A DNA stretch of 58,487 nt, counting the filler, from Sphacelaria rigidula (Eukaryota): NCBI GenBank assembly GCA_964200075.2. It is 8 parts of 8 records of this genome, joined end to end, with 100 filler letters (N's around TTAATTAATTAA, not from the genome) between each part and the next. Parts side by side here need not be neighbours in the genome. Positions count along the whole stretch, not along the records: positions 43,942 to 51,164 come from CAXNAA020015893.1; positions 51,265 to 58,487 come from CAXNAA020015894.1; 6 more parts are not named here. One strand, 5' to 3'. The notes below the pieces were generated by a model, which saw nothing but the letters and a program-made list of their open reading frames with translations, made no database searches and was not told where the DNA came from. The position numbers were made by a program, and so were the translations under genes. This document shows, piece after piece, positions 47,801 to 58,487 of this stretch. How positions within the stretch are numbered: position 1 is the stretch's first letter; the number at the start of each line of letters is the position of its first letter.

Positions 47801-50800
47801 ACAAGTTGTATTATTTGGGAGACCGCAGCACCTGGCGGCGGGCGTTGGCTATACCGGGGCCAGCAATCGTGACTTGTAACATACCCCGACATACAATTTC
47901 CTTCTCTGATCCTTGAAGGCGCTTTCATATTACAATTAAAGGCCCGGATCGAATGGGGGAGCCGTAAGCACCGGGGAGCTTGCAAAACATGTACGAGCTG
48001 GGCCAGCCGACACTTATTTGCGAATGTATCCGGGCCGGGCAGTGGGTAATCCGAAGCGTGGGGCGCTGAAATTTCAACAAAATATTTCCATCATCACTGC
48101 GCACAACCTTCCCGGGGATGCCAAGAGAAAAAAAATAACAAGCAGTTAAAGCGATTCGAAGTTTCTGCAAATACTAGAAAAATGCGATCACTCAGTGAAA
48201 ATAAAGAAATACAGGGGCATCCCCGTGTGTCCTTGTGCGAAGAGATTGTGGTTCAATTTTGGCCTAAAATTCCAGAAATTTGGCGCAGTATCCAACTTCT
48301 CGTGTGGCACGGCTGCTCTTCTTCAATCCAAGTAATGCAGATGTGTCCAGTTATGGAGGTCACGATTTCGAATCACGACGGATTCTTTTTTCTTATTGTT
48401 CCGCCGGCTAGGTGATACATTTACATTATGCAGTACTTTTTCTTCGATTTTTTCTTTGTTCAGCGGCGGTCCCGTGCGCCACCACGTGGATCCTCAGGTC
48501 ACACCGACATACTCAAGTATGGCTGATGTGGTAGATTTGATAAGTTATGGTGTGACACGCAAATGTGGGATTTACTGCTGGTCCAGCTCTTGAAACAAAA
48601 AGGTGCAGTCGTGGACCTCGTGTCAGTCGACAAAATATGCCGCGACAAGCCAACGCTCAATGTTGCTCCAGATTTTCACCTGCACGACACCTCGGTTTGC
48701 ACCGAACGATTCTGCGGATACCACTACAACCGTACCGCGTCAAGGGGACATGTGCAGAACCTTTACAGTCACGCTGTTACGTACTCTTGCGCAAATCTCT
48801 CGAGCTGTGCCGTGTGGCCCAGGAAAGCACTTATGCCGCAAGGACGTTCCCGTACGTGGGATATGCGGCGCAACCCCACCTCATGTATCTTGTCACGATT
48901 GACCAGTGTCTTTCCCCGCATTTTGCCCGCATGTCTGAAAGTTTTCTTGACATCGACTGCGGGTGAGTAAGTGAAACTTGGAGCACCAGTCGGGCACATC
49001 ACAAGCAACATGTTTCCCGGGCCCCGACGCTTGCAGTGCGGGAGGCATCAAGAAGGACCCTATTTCCGAAATTCGAAAAATCCGGTAAAACGTACTGTAA
49101 TCGACCTCCCGCTCCCCAGAAATGCGTGCACCGTCAGCAGACAAATGTGTAAACTTCCTTGTCCACTTAATTCGACGTCATCTGCACGTGGGGCGCCGCT
49201 GCGCGGAGAAACGAATGCTGATCGGAAGTGGAACACCCGCTGGATAATGACAATTTATGCGAAACGCCGGTGCGTACTGCCTGTAGAGGTGCTCAATTCG
49301 GGAAACACGGCAGCACGGGCGCTGTGGGTGCTGCGAGTCGCTGAAACTTTGCCCACATGTCATCATAACCACAGAAAACTACCTCATATCGCTGAATCTG
49401 TCTTGGGGCCATGCAGCAGCGTGTGCCGGCGAGACGAAAGGTCAGGCCCTGTTCCGTTTTTTTTTTTTTTTTCTATCGGCGCAACACTGATCATTGAAAG
49501 GGACAACGCTGGCAGCACAGCACATACACAGCACGAAAGGTGCAGGGCACGGTCCTTTCGTACTTGACTGTTTTACTTGCGTGATATCCTGGCTAGATGC
49601 AGACGTTGAAGTTTCACCGTATCTAAAACCTCCCTAAGTTGAAGGATAACGGGTAGAGCACGGTTCTTCCGTATCGACAGCTTTACCCGCGTGACCTGCC
49701 CGCTCGATGCACGGGTTGGAGCATCACCGTATCTAACACCACGCTCAAGTTTAAGATGAAAGCGTAGCGTCATGTGTTGACTGACCGTGCATGCCAGAAA
49801 AAAACGTCCCATCCTCTTGCTTTACATCGCCGCCTGGTTTATATATATTCATATATATATCCCTAACAAAAGCATGGCATAACACTGTGCAGACAACACA
49901 CTACTGCCAAGCAGACGGTATCCAACGCCTCCTTCGCTTGTGTTTAGCCCTTACCTCCGCTGTGCGAGTGTTAGATTGGCGCTTGCGCCGGGGAGCGTCG
50001 CCCATTGATCACCCGGCAGTAGTAATAACACAAAGAGAGGCAGCACAGATGAAAGATTGTCGATTGATGACGGGAAACTTCTCTGTGCTGTAGAATGCCT
50101 GGACAGACGGCCGCACGCTATTTCACTCGGGATCAGCAGCTGGCTGGGCACCGAGTTCTTAGGTACGGGTCGCTATGAAATAATTAAACTGAAATCATCG
50201 AATTTTTCGTTGTTTTCCATGATTCTTGTCGGGATTATAGCTGGACGTATGCGTTACTCCAACCCTAATTGCCACAGAGAGGTCAACAAGATTGCACTGT
50301 TCGGTTATTTGTTGTCCGGGCCTGCTCTTGACTTGAGTTCCCTCCGTTGGCTTACTATAGCCCAGGACAGCAGCAGGAGGAGAGCTGGGGAAAAAAAAGT
50401 GCAGTCAGCATTGATAATATTTTGATACACACCAAGTTGCCCCCAAATCAAAAGAAAGGGAAGCGTACACCTTCGAAAGGAAGCGGCATTCCAGCACACG
50501 GATTGGTAAACACAAGAGAGATACATTATTGCGTTGGGTTTCTGATGTCCCGTGTGTAAAGTACTTGGTTGTCTCCAGCGTTGTACCGCAACAACTTTCT
50601 GTCGCGATACCGACTGTATCTGCATCGCAAGAAGATCTGCCTGCGCTGGCCAGCCAATTGGCACCGTGCTTGATTGTCATGCATGTCTGTACGGCATCGA
50701 TCAACGCGAGTCATCCAGAACAACAGCACGACAGCCTACAAAAGGGGGCCAGCAACATTGATGCCTGTGGAGTCCTTTTCTCGGTTTATGTTCCGTCCGA

Positions 50801-52993
50801 GCAACATGAAACACCACACAATGACAACGATGAAGTCATCTTGAATCGTGGGCCGTGTCCAAGGCCGTGCAGATGCAGCAGCAACCTGAGCGCAAATGGG
50901 GACTGCAACACCAACCCAGGCCACCGCAACCATACCGCGGGCATAGCGACACTCAAAGCGAACGTTGGGTACACTACCCAGTAAACCAATAGGCAGAGCA
51001 CCGCTTGTGAGACTGCCTTCGATATCATCCTGCCTCCGCACGGTGCTCCACCGCGGCTGCGGGCACCAGAAGACCGGCAAAACCATGTGTGACGGAACAT
51101 ATACTAAAATCAAGTTTGTACTAGGAGCTGGGCCAGCCTAGAGGCTGCATGAACGTTTGCAGGCNNNNNNNNNNNNNNNNNNNNNNNNNNNNNNNNNNNN
51201 NNNNNNNNTTAATTAATTAANNNNNNNNNNNNNNNNNNNNNNNNNNNNNNNNNNNNNNNNNNNNAGTAGTATCAGGAATGTGCCATCCACATCGACACAA
51301 GAAAAGATGCTAGTGCTGTCTGTGTCGGCGATGCACGCCTCCTCAAAGAATCGACATGTAACACAGTTCATATTTTCGTGTTCGTCTAACTAGGCCCTAA
51401 ATGCTACTACCGTAATAGTTTTGTATGCCACAGCAATGGCACTAAAGTTATGTACTCAGCTAAGCTAAAGAGGAGAAATAGGTGTACTGAAATTCTAGGA
51501 GTACACCATGAAAGCGCCGCGATTCTTGGGGAACCATTACGGGGGCCGAGTTGCCAACTCGACCTGTTGATCCGTAGACGAGTCACGATAGATGTCATAT
51601 CACGAAAAACGCACTCCGAACACACTACAAGCGCTTGTTACTGACGGGTTTAAAGGCGTCCTTCCGCCCCTGACAAAAAAAAAAAGCAATACAAAAAAAA
51701 TCCTAGACGCAGCAACCGAAATACCAACGGAAGAATATCACGACCGTGGACACCAAAACGAAATTACAAAAAACGTGATGTTGCGTCGCCCGGCGGAATG
51801 ATACATCCACCGAACAGTCATCAACAGCAACAGCAACGGTAACAGCAACAACAGTGATGTAGGTGAAAAACGGCTCATGAAAGCAGCAGCAACGATCTTC
51901 TCGCGCACAGATGGAACAGCGTGGGAAAAACGTTGAGCTCTCCAACTTTCAACACCAAACACACACCACGAAACAAAGATAGCGGAACAAACTAGAATGC
52001 GCAGACTTTCTTTCGGGACGCAAGCAACTCCCTAGAACTCGGCAGATACGAAGTCAACTGCGAGTCACCGTTTCAATATCGCCCCATACTATTAATGCAC
52101 CCTTCCCGCGTTGTTTCCCCCATGTGTTGGCTAGAATACGACGCCCACGGGGGACACGGAAAAGATTGTTGACCTCAGGATGCGCAGCATACAGCCGCTC
52201 GAGACTACGCGGACGCGCAACAGATAGATAGATAGATACGCCTACCCGAGATTATTGTATCCAACACAACACACGGGAAGGCATGCACCGACCGACCCCT
52301 TCGCGATATGCGCTCAGAGGAAAAAATAAAACAAAGACAAAAGTTGAAATCTCGGAACGAACACAGACGACGGCAAAACAAGGCGTCCGTGCGTACTGTA
52401 CAGTCAGCCCAGTCCAATCCAGTTCAGAATATACACCGCGTACGACACACATACAGCATTCGGTATCCCGCAGATGAGAAAAAAAGGAAAAACGGTAACG
52501 AAGAAGAATCAAACACAGCTCACGACCGCGTGAAGACACACAGCACAAGCGATCTACTCCTTGCCAATGGTACACCTTCACAGAGATACATCGCACAACT
52601 AGAAGACAAGACGGGCACACGAGACAATCCCCATCAACCGAGCAGCTCACCAAGATAGTACACGCAGTTTGTTGCCAGCGCGCACGCTTTTGTAACCTTC
52701 ACGTCCACCATGATTGTTCTCTCCACGTTCAGCGCACAGGCACACAATCGATTTTCACACAATTTTCACTTTCCACGGTTGCGCCCGCTCCAGCACACTC
52801 TAGGTACACACAGGCAGACACTTGACTGCATCCGGAATCACACCCGTCTATTTCCAGTATTATCTTCCGTCTGGCCGACCCCCCGAGCACAAGCCAATGA
52901 CGGAAAAAAGCACAACATGTGGTTTTTATTCGTCACAAACCAGAAGATCTTTCGCATCTGCCCCCCTCGTAACACTCAGCGCTGCCCTCCCCC

Positions 52994-55083
52994 CTAAGAT
53001 TCCGTCTGTTCTCTATCACTGCCTGCCTGTCCATCATACGAGCATCGTCCAGCATCCCGTTTACCCCCTGTTTCCTGAGAAATTTCGAAGAATCGTTCGG
53101 CAGACTTCTTCGCGGAATATTCCGAAACCGCCGCCGCTCTTGCCTTCTCTGCCTTCTTCTTATCCGCGGCGAGCGCGGCGGCTGCCGCCGCCGCCCGCGA
53201 ACGAGCTTTAGACAACACGGCGAGTGGGGGATGGCTCACCGCCGGCACCTGCGTGCGAGCTTCGTTATCTGCCAACTTCCGCTTCGTTGAAGTCGTTGAC
53301 ATTCCCGCCGCACCGCTACTGCTACGGACGGCGGCAACGGCGGCGATGGGTCGATCAAGTGGGGCAGTCACCGGCAGGGCTCCCGTGGCGCCGCCGCCGC
53401 GGTGTACCATGGAGGTAGTAGGGAAGGTACTCGTCGCCATAGTCGGAGGTGTAAACGGCGACCTTAACGCCAAAGTTGGGAGGTCTACAGGTTCAGAATG
53501 GTTGCCGGACAATGTGTTGGTTGGGGCGCCGACCGCAGCGGTTGTAGGCAGTTCCTTTGCGGCTGGAGCAGAGCACGACAGGTCATCATGCTGCTGCTGC
53601 CGCTGCTGCGGTTGGGAGAAGGGGGAGGTTTCTCCCCAGGGCGACGCCGGCACAACTGCGATTGGGGTCGTCCCTACTCTCGGCCGTTTCACCGCCGGCT
53701 TGGTGCCATCCGCAAAGGGCGTTGATGCTTCAGCCGCGGCGGCGGCCGCGGCTGATGGTGAAACTGTTTCGGAGAATGGGCACACGCTGTTTGTGAAGGT
53801 ATGGGCACCGTTAGGAGAAGGAGTGACTACAGAACATGAGAGCGGGCCGGATGCAGTCGGCGTCGAGCCCAACGAAGGCTGAGACGAGACAGCCGCTGAC
53901 GGCGTACGAAACGCTGAAGGGTTGAGGACGTGGGCCACTGCGGAACTACTGCGGCGGGAAAAAGGTGATGGCTGTCCCATCCACTCTCTCTGTTGTCGCT
54001 GAGCCATGTCGCTCCCAACCGCGGGTGATTCTGGAGGACAACTTGTAGGAAATGCAGACGCAGATGCGCTAGCCGGCGCCAACTCGTTGTGACCTTCCTC
54101 GACATCAATATCTTGTGTGTCACTTCTTCTCCCAGTCATCTCTGCTTCCTGCGGGCAAACGGCCGGTCGATTGCTGCTCAACTGCCCCGATCTAGTGTTA
54201 GCAGCCGCCACAGGTAACGACGTAATCGACTGCCGTGAAGCAGCCGTTGGCTGCGCCACACTCAATAGTCCTGGTGCCGAATCCATCGCTGTGGGGGCCA
54301 CGGCAGGAGCTGCTGCGACGTCCCTCACCTGGTGCACATCGGCAATTGCCGCCGCCTCGGCCGCGGAAGTTGCCGTTGCCACGGGAAGCTCACCCTTCGA
54401 AAATAAACTCCCGCCGCAACCAGTACCCGCCGTTGTGCTAACCACGGTGTCGAGGCGGGGAACGGAGCGACTGCCCCGGGAGAGCTCGACGCCAGTGTCA
54501 CCATCATCCGCATCATCCATTGCGGTGTCCTCGTCAACACCAGTTGCGGTAGTACTGGGCCACCCCGACGCACCTGGAATTTTCGACGCACCTGCTGCTC
54601 TCTTGTCCTGAGGTGCTGCGTCACCGTAGCGGGAGGCCTTCCTCGAGGCAAGAGATTTTCCCAGGAACACTCGATGACGCTCGTTTGGGTCTTCGCGGCA
54701 GGTGCCGCCTGTGGCTTGCATTTCATCAGTTGCGACCGCCGACGCCGCCGCCCGTGCCGCGGCGGCCGCCCTCACAGCCGCCGCCGCTTTCGCCGCAACA
54801 GTGGCGGCGCCCGTTGTCGGGGCGGAGGGTATCGATCCTGTTGGCAATCCCGACGACGCCATCATGTCGGTGTTACCGAAATCGTCGCTGTCCTCGTTTT
54901 CTCCGTCGCCAGATTCCTCGGCCGAGCTGGACGATTTTTTAAGGTACATGAGGAGACCCTTGGCGTTGAGGACATCCGGCGTGGTTCCCTCGATCATGGT
55001 GCATTTTTTGCTGTCTCCCGCCGCCTTGGCCTCGGAGAGGAGGAGGGCCTTTTCCTTGTGGAAACTGTTGATCTCGTTGCGTC
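52994..55083 (-). CDS. Myb transcription factor, probable last exon (low-complexity C-terminus)
   Basis: Acceptor TTTAACAG|GA in phase 1 matches the upstream donor; the frame is open for ~696 codons to TAG at 52994. Confidence 0.75.
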
Positions 55084-55320
55084 CTGTTAAATCGTTATTT
55101 TTCGTCGTTATTTTTGGTCACCAAATTGTTTTACTGTCATGATTTTTCATCATGGGCAGAGGACGACAGTGAGGCAAATCGGGAGCGATGCAGCGATGGC
55201 GACAATAGGTGGTGCCCCTGGCCAACACCAAACCTCGAAATCGTCATATTCGCTACACCAGCACAGCACGATAGAGAACACAATCAACCCTGCCGCGAGA
55301 GTTGGGGGAGGGGGGGGGGG

Positions 55321-55620
55321 ACTTATGGCCATGCATGCCAAGTGACCTCCCATCCCTACAAAAGCCGGGACGGAGCACGCCGGGTTTTCGCCGGACCAGG
55401 CTCGCACTCAATCACCAAGCGCGAAGCGCCGTGGTGTGTTTGGCGAGTCGCATCAAGGGTGAGCTGCATCCTGCTAAGGTTGTTCGGCTCGAAGCCTACT
55501 AATTGTCTCGTATGAGGGTGACAGCCTTCAATGAGTTGCTTTATTTTCTGGTATCGCCACTTCCAGAGACAGCCACGGCTTAAACACTGTCTCATGGGTG
55601 CCTCACCATAGTACCATAGT
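55321..55620 (-). mobile_element. 5'-truncated copy of the (C)n-associated repeat inside a Myb intron
   Basis: Reverse complement aligns to 40465-40772; flanked on both sides by G runs (55303-55320, 55622-55645). Confidence 0.85.
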
Positions 55621-55854
55621 TGGGGGGGGCGGGGGGGCGGGGGGCATGGAAGTGAGGGAATTCTGTGCATATATCACGCCATCAGGAAGGTTCACGTGCT
55701 TGCACTATGCAGACAATTCAGTCGTCTCGGGAAGCAGAGGAGTGGGCATCTGACTCGACAATACGGCCCGTGAAATACAATAGCAGCCGAATACACAAAA
55801 GAAGCCCTGGATCTCCCTACTAAAACAGCTTTTCTCCCTCATTCTCCCGCTCAC

Positions 55855-57047
55855 CGAAAGACGTCAAGCCGGGGATGCTCCCCCCAAACAAGGCCTGAGC
55901 AGACATGAGTTCCGCCGTCGCGCCGCCTCTGGCTGCAGCCGCAGCAGCCGCAGCAGCCGCAGCACCATTGGCATCATCATTATCTCGCCCAGCAGGAGGC
56001 TTGGTGGGGCCTGGAGCTTTGTCGCGAGCGCCGGCGTTTTCTCCAGCTCTCCTCTCGTCCCTACGACCACCGCCGTTTCCGCTGCCGACGGTCGTCCCAC
56101 TAACTCCCGTCAGGCACGTCGCGGCACTATTTGCGGCAGCCTTCGCTTGGATGAGGGTTTTTAACGGTCTTCCGGCACCCAGCGGTCGTCCATTGTTACA
56201 CCGCTCTCCACTACTGCCCAATGGTTTCCGTGTGTTCGAGGAGCCTCTATTCATGGTGGACTGTGCCATTAACCCGCCGCGCCTGTTTCCTTCGGTAGTG
56301 CCGTGACTCTCACCGAGGTTCTTGCCGCCGCCATTTTCGTCGGCGGGATTGCAAGAGGTGACCGCAGGCGCCGCTCCCGCCCTCAGCCGCTCACCAGGCC
56401 CCGACTGCTTCTTGTTCTTACCGGGGAAGGCTGCAGTGATCGGTGGCGCTGCTGCGACGCAAGTTGTGACATTGTCGTTGCTAGCACTACCGCTGACGCT
56501 GAAAACACTGTCAGCAGTGGGAGAAAAGTCCGCCACAGATGTAGGCGAGGAGGTTCTAGCGCTCCCTTCAGCCGCGGCGGCAACGGAGCCAATCGTTATC
56601 ACGCTGTTGCCCACACTGCTACCGCTACTGCTTCCGCTGCGCTTGTAACCCTTGACATTGTTGTTGGCGCTGCTACTGCTGCTGCTGCTGCTACTGCTAA
56701 CAGGTTGGGCCATGTTTTTACCGCCGTGTCTTCTTCTCGTACCGGTGCTGTCCTTGCTCTTTGAAGACAGTGACTGTGCGGCGCCGCCCCCCATCGCATC
56801 GACCGCCGGTTGGGTTGGATCCGCGCCGTATTCGCGCGCGTCGTTATTCCCCTGCGAAAAGCTGCCAGGCTTGGTCACGTGCCGCGGGACGGCGCCCGCA
56901 CCGGAGACGGCGGCAGAGCCAGCGCCAGTGGTTCCCGTGTTGGGTGCAACGCCCTTCGCTGTTCCTGCTGCGGCAATCTCTGCCTCGTCGTGACACCACA
57001 CTCGTCGGTCAGTCGAGGAAGCGGTCATGTTCAGTTGTCGCGACAAG
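55855..57047 (-). CDS. Myb transcription factor, internal exon
   Basis: Acceptor TTTTTTCTTGCCGGGTTCAG|C gives KR-R-LSRQLNM in phase with the Myb exon; donor TTC G|GTGAGC; open Ser/Ala/Gly-rich frame. Confidence 0.8.
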
Positions 57048-57540
57048 CTGAACCCGGCAAGAAAAAAAATCAAGACGCGACATTTTGCGGCAGCACCAGC
57101 GGCGGCGGCAGGCGGGGGGACGACGATGCGTGAATAGCTCGACACGATTTGATCTGCACTGTATAGTACACTGACTGGCCGACACCGCACGCGAATAAAT
57201 CAAGACAACGGTCTCCCGCACGTCCGAGTGGGGAGAGGCCGTACGCAACGTACAGTGGGTATTGCGCGACATCGGTATCATGATCCAAAGGGGCGAGTGA
57301 CGGATACATACCCCGTCCCCACCCGTCAAGCACGCCTGATGGTCTCCTTTTCGGCCGAACACAGAATAACAAACGAGAAATGCAGAAGCACGCCGAATGA
57401 TACATACTACTGCACTAGTAAGCCGTGTCATCAATCAACACTCGGACACATGAAAGAAACAGATGGCTCTCGCTGTTGGCGGTGCACGACCCACCGTTGT
57501 CAGCAAAACCCACATGAAAACGCAACACATCCGCGCTCAC

Positions 57541-57714
57541 CGTCGTTTCGCGGAGTTCCAGTGGTTCTTTATGGCGTTATCTGTTCGTCCCGGAAGCATT
57601 TTGGCGATTTCCGCCCACTTGTTACCATGCATACTATGCGCCCGCATGAGAATGTCTTCCTCCGCTCTCGTCCAGGGGTCCTTCTTTATGGCAGGGTCCA
57701 GCTGGTTGTGCCAC
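57541..57714 (-). CDS. Myb DNA-binding domain exon (end of R2 + R3), c-Myb-like R2R3/3R type; 5' exons lie outside the window
   Basis: [70 protein letters not shown]. Confidence 0.95.
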
Positions 57715-58487
57715 CTGATCATGCATGCGAGAGGGAACACGTCATTTTGGGTATTGTCATGTGCCGAAAACACTACTGCACAATATTGATAGTATGTGTT
57801 ATGATCATCACTTTTACCTTGGGTACACAGTGTGCATGGGGGTATTTCGAATGTACCCCCTACAGGTTAGACTGTCCGACACATGGACGCAGGAGAGAAA
57901 TAGTCTCTAAGCATGTCACTGCGCTTCTACATGCCAGCGTTTGGTATTTCGTACGTACACTGCAATCCATCATCATATGATTCAAATATTTTCACCCGCT
58001 AAACACGAAATGTTTCCAATATATATATATATATATATTAGCCGGTCATATTGGAATATGGCGATATATTGCCGGTGTGATATAATACTGTTGCCCTGGG
58101 ACTGCACACGTATTGCCCAAAATATTGGTATAGTAGCATGAGATTGATTGCATACATTCTGTCCCATCGAGGGGTCCTACATCGGGAGATCCATGCACCA
58201 CCGCTACCCCCCCCCCCCCTAGCCGCGGTCGAGAATGAGGAAAATGCCAAATCAATTGGGGAAAAAACTTATTTTATCCTGTTTCTCCAACAGTACACGG
58301 AAATGAGCTATCATCTAGATATCTCCGGGTTCGCCTCAACGTGAGCAGCCCAAAAGCGAGGAGTTTTGGCGTGTCAGTTGTTCTTGTGGCGATCGAGGAG
58401 CAATTTTGCTGGCTGGAAAATGACTTTTGAGTCGCGGTGATCACTGGATAATGCATGCCGTGGCCCGCTGGCGTGTTCAAGACCGGA

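Noticed and set aside
7225-51264. Regularly spaced TTAATTAATTAA motif in N runs as a biological periodic element, and any synteny across segments
   Set aside because: Exact 100-bp construct at a fixed period: an artificial concatenation linker
53224-57133. Plus-strand ORFs opposite the Myb exons
   Set aside because: Antisense frames of GC-rich low-complexity coding sequence

Overview
Eukaryotic nuclear DNA, most likely from a brown alga (Ectocarpus-like Phaeophyceae; inferred from the TPR exon type and the nad5 fragment). The window is not contiguous. It consists of eight 7223-7224 bp segments joined by identical 100-bp spacers (44 N + TTAATTAATTAA + 44 N) at a strict 7323/7324-bp period, so adjacency across spacers means nothing. 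The most striking element is a tandem array of seven intact, phase-0, 126-nt exons (40883-43523). Each encodes one 42-aa kinesin-light-chain-type TPR repeat, and each sits in a ~420-bp exon+intron cassette whose introns are also homologous. This is the modular architecture of the exon-shuffling candidate immune receptors (NB-ARC-TPR) of brown algae. The window also holds the 3' part of a Myb transcription factor gene, a decayed mitochondrial nad5 insertion (NUMT), a degenerate LINE, and decayed Ulp1/OTU-protease-like and possible CMC/Plavaka-like transposon coding remnants. There are four non-autonomous TIR elements filled with internal tandem arrays (two carry nested MITEs), a long foldback, and a dispersed ~570-bp repeat that is repeatedly found against (C)n tracts. 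All calls were made by eye; no database searches were run.
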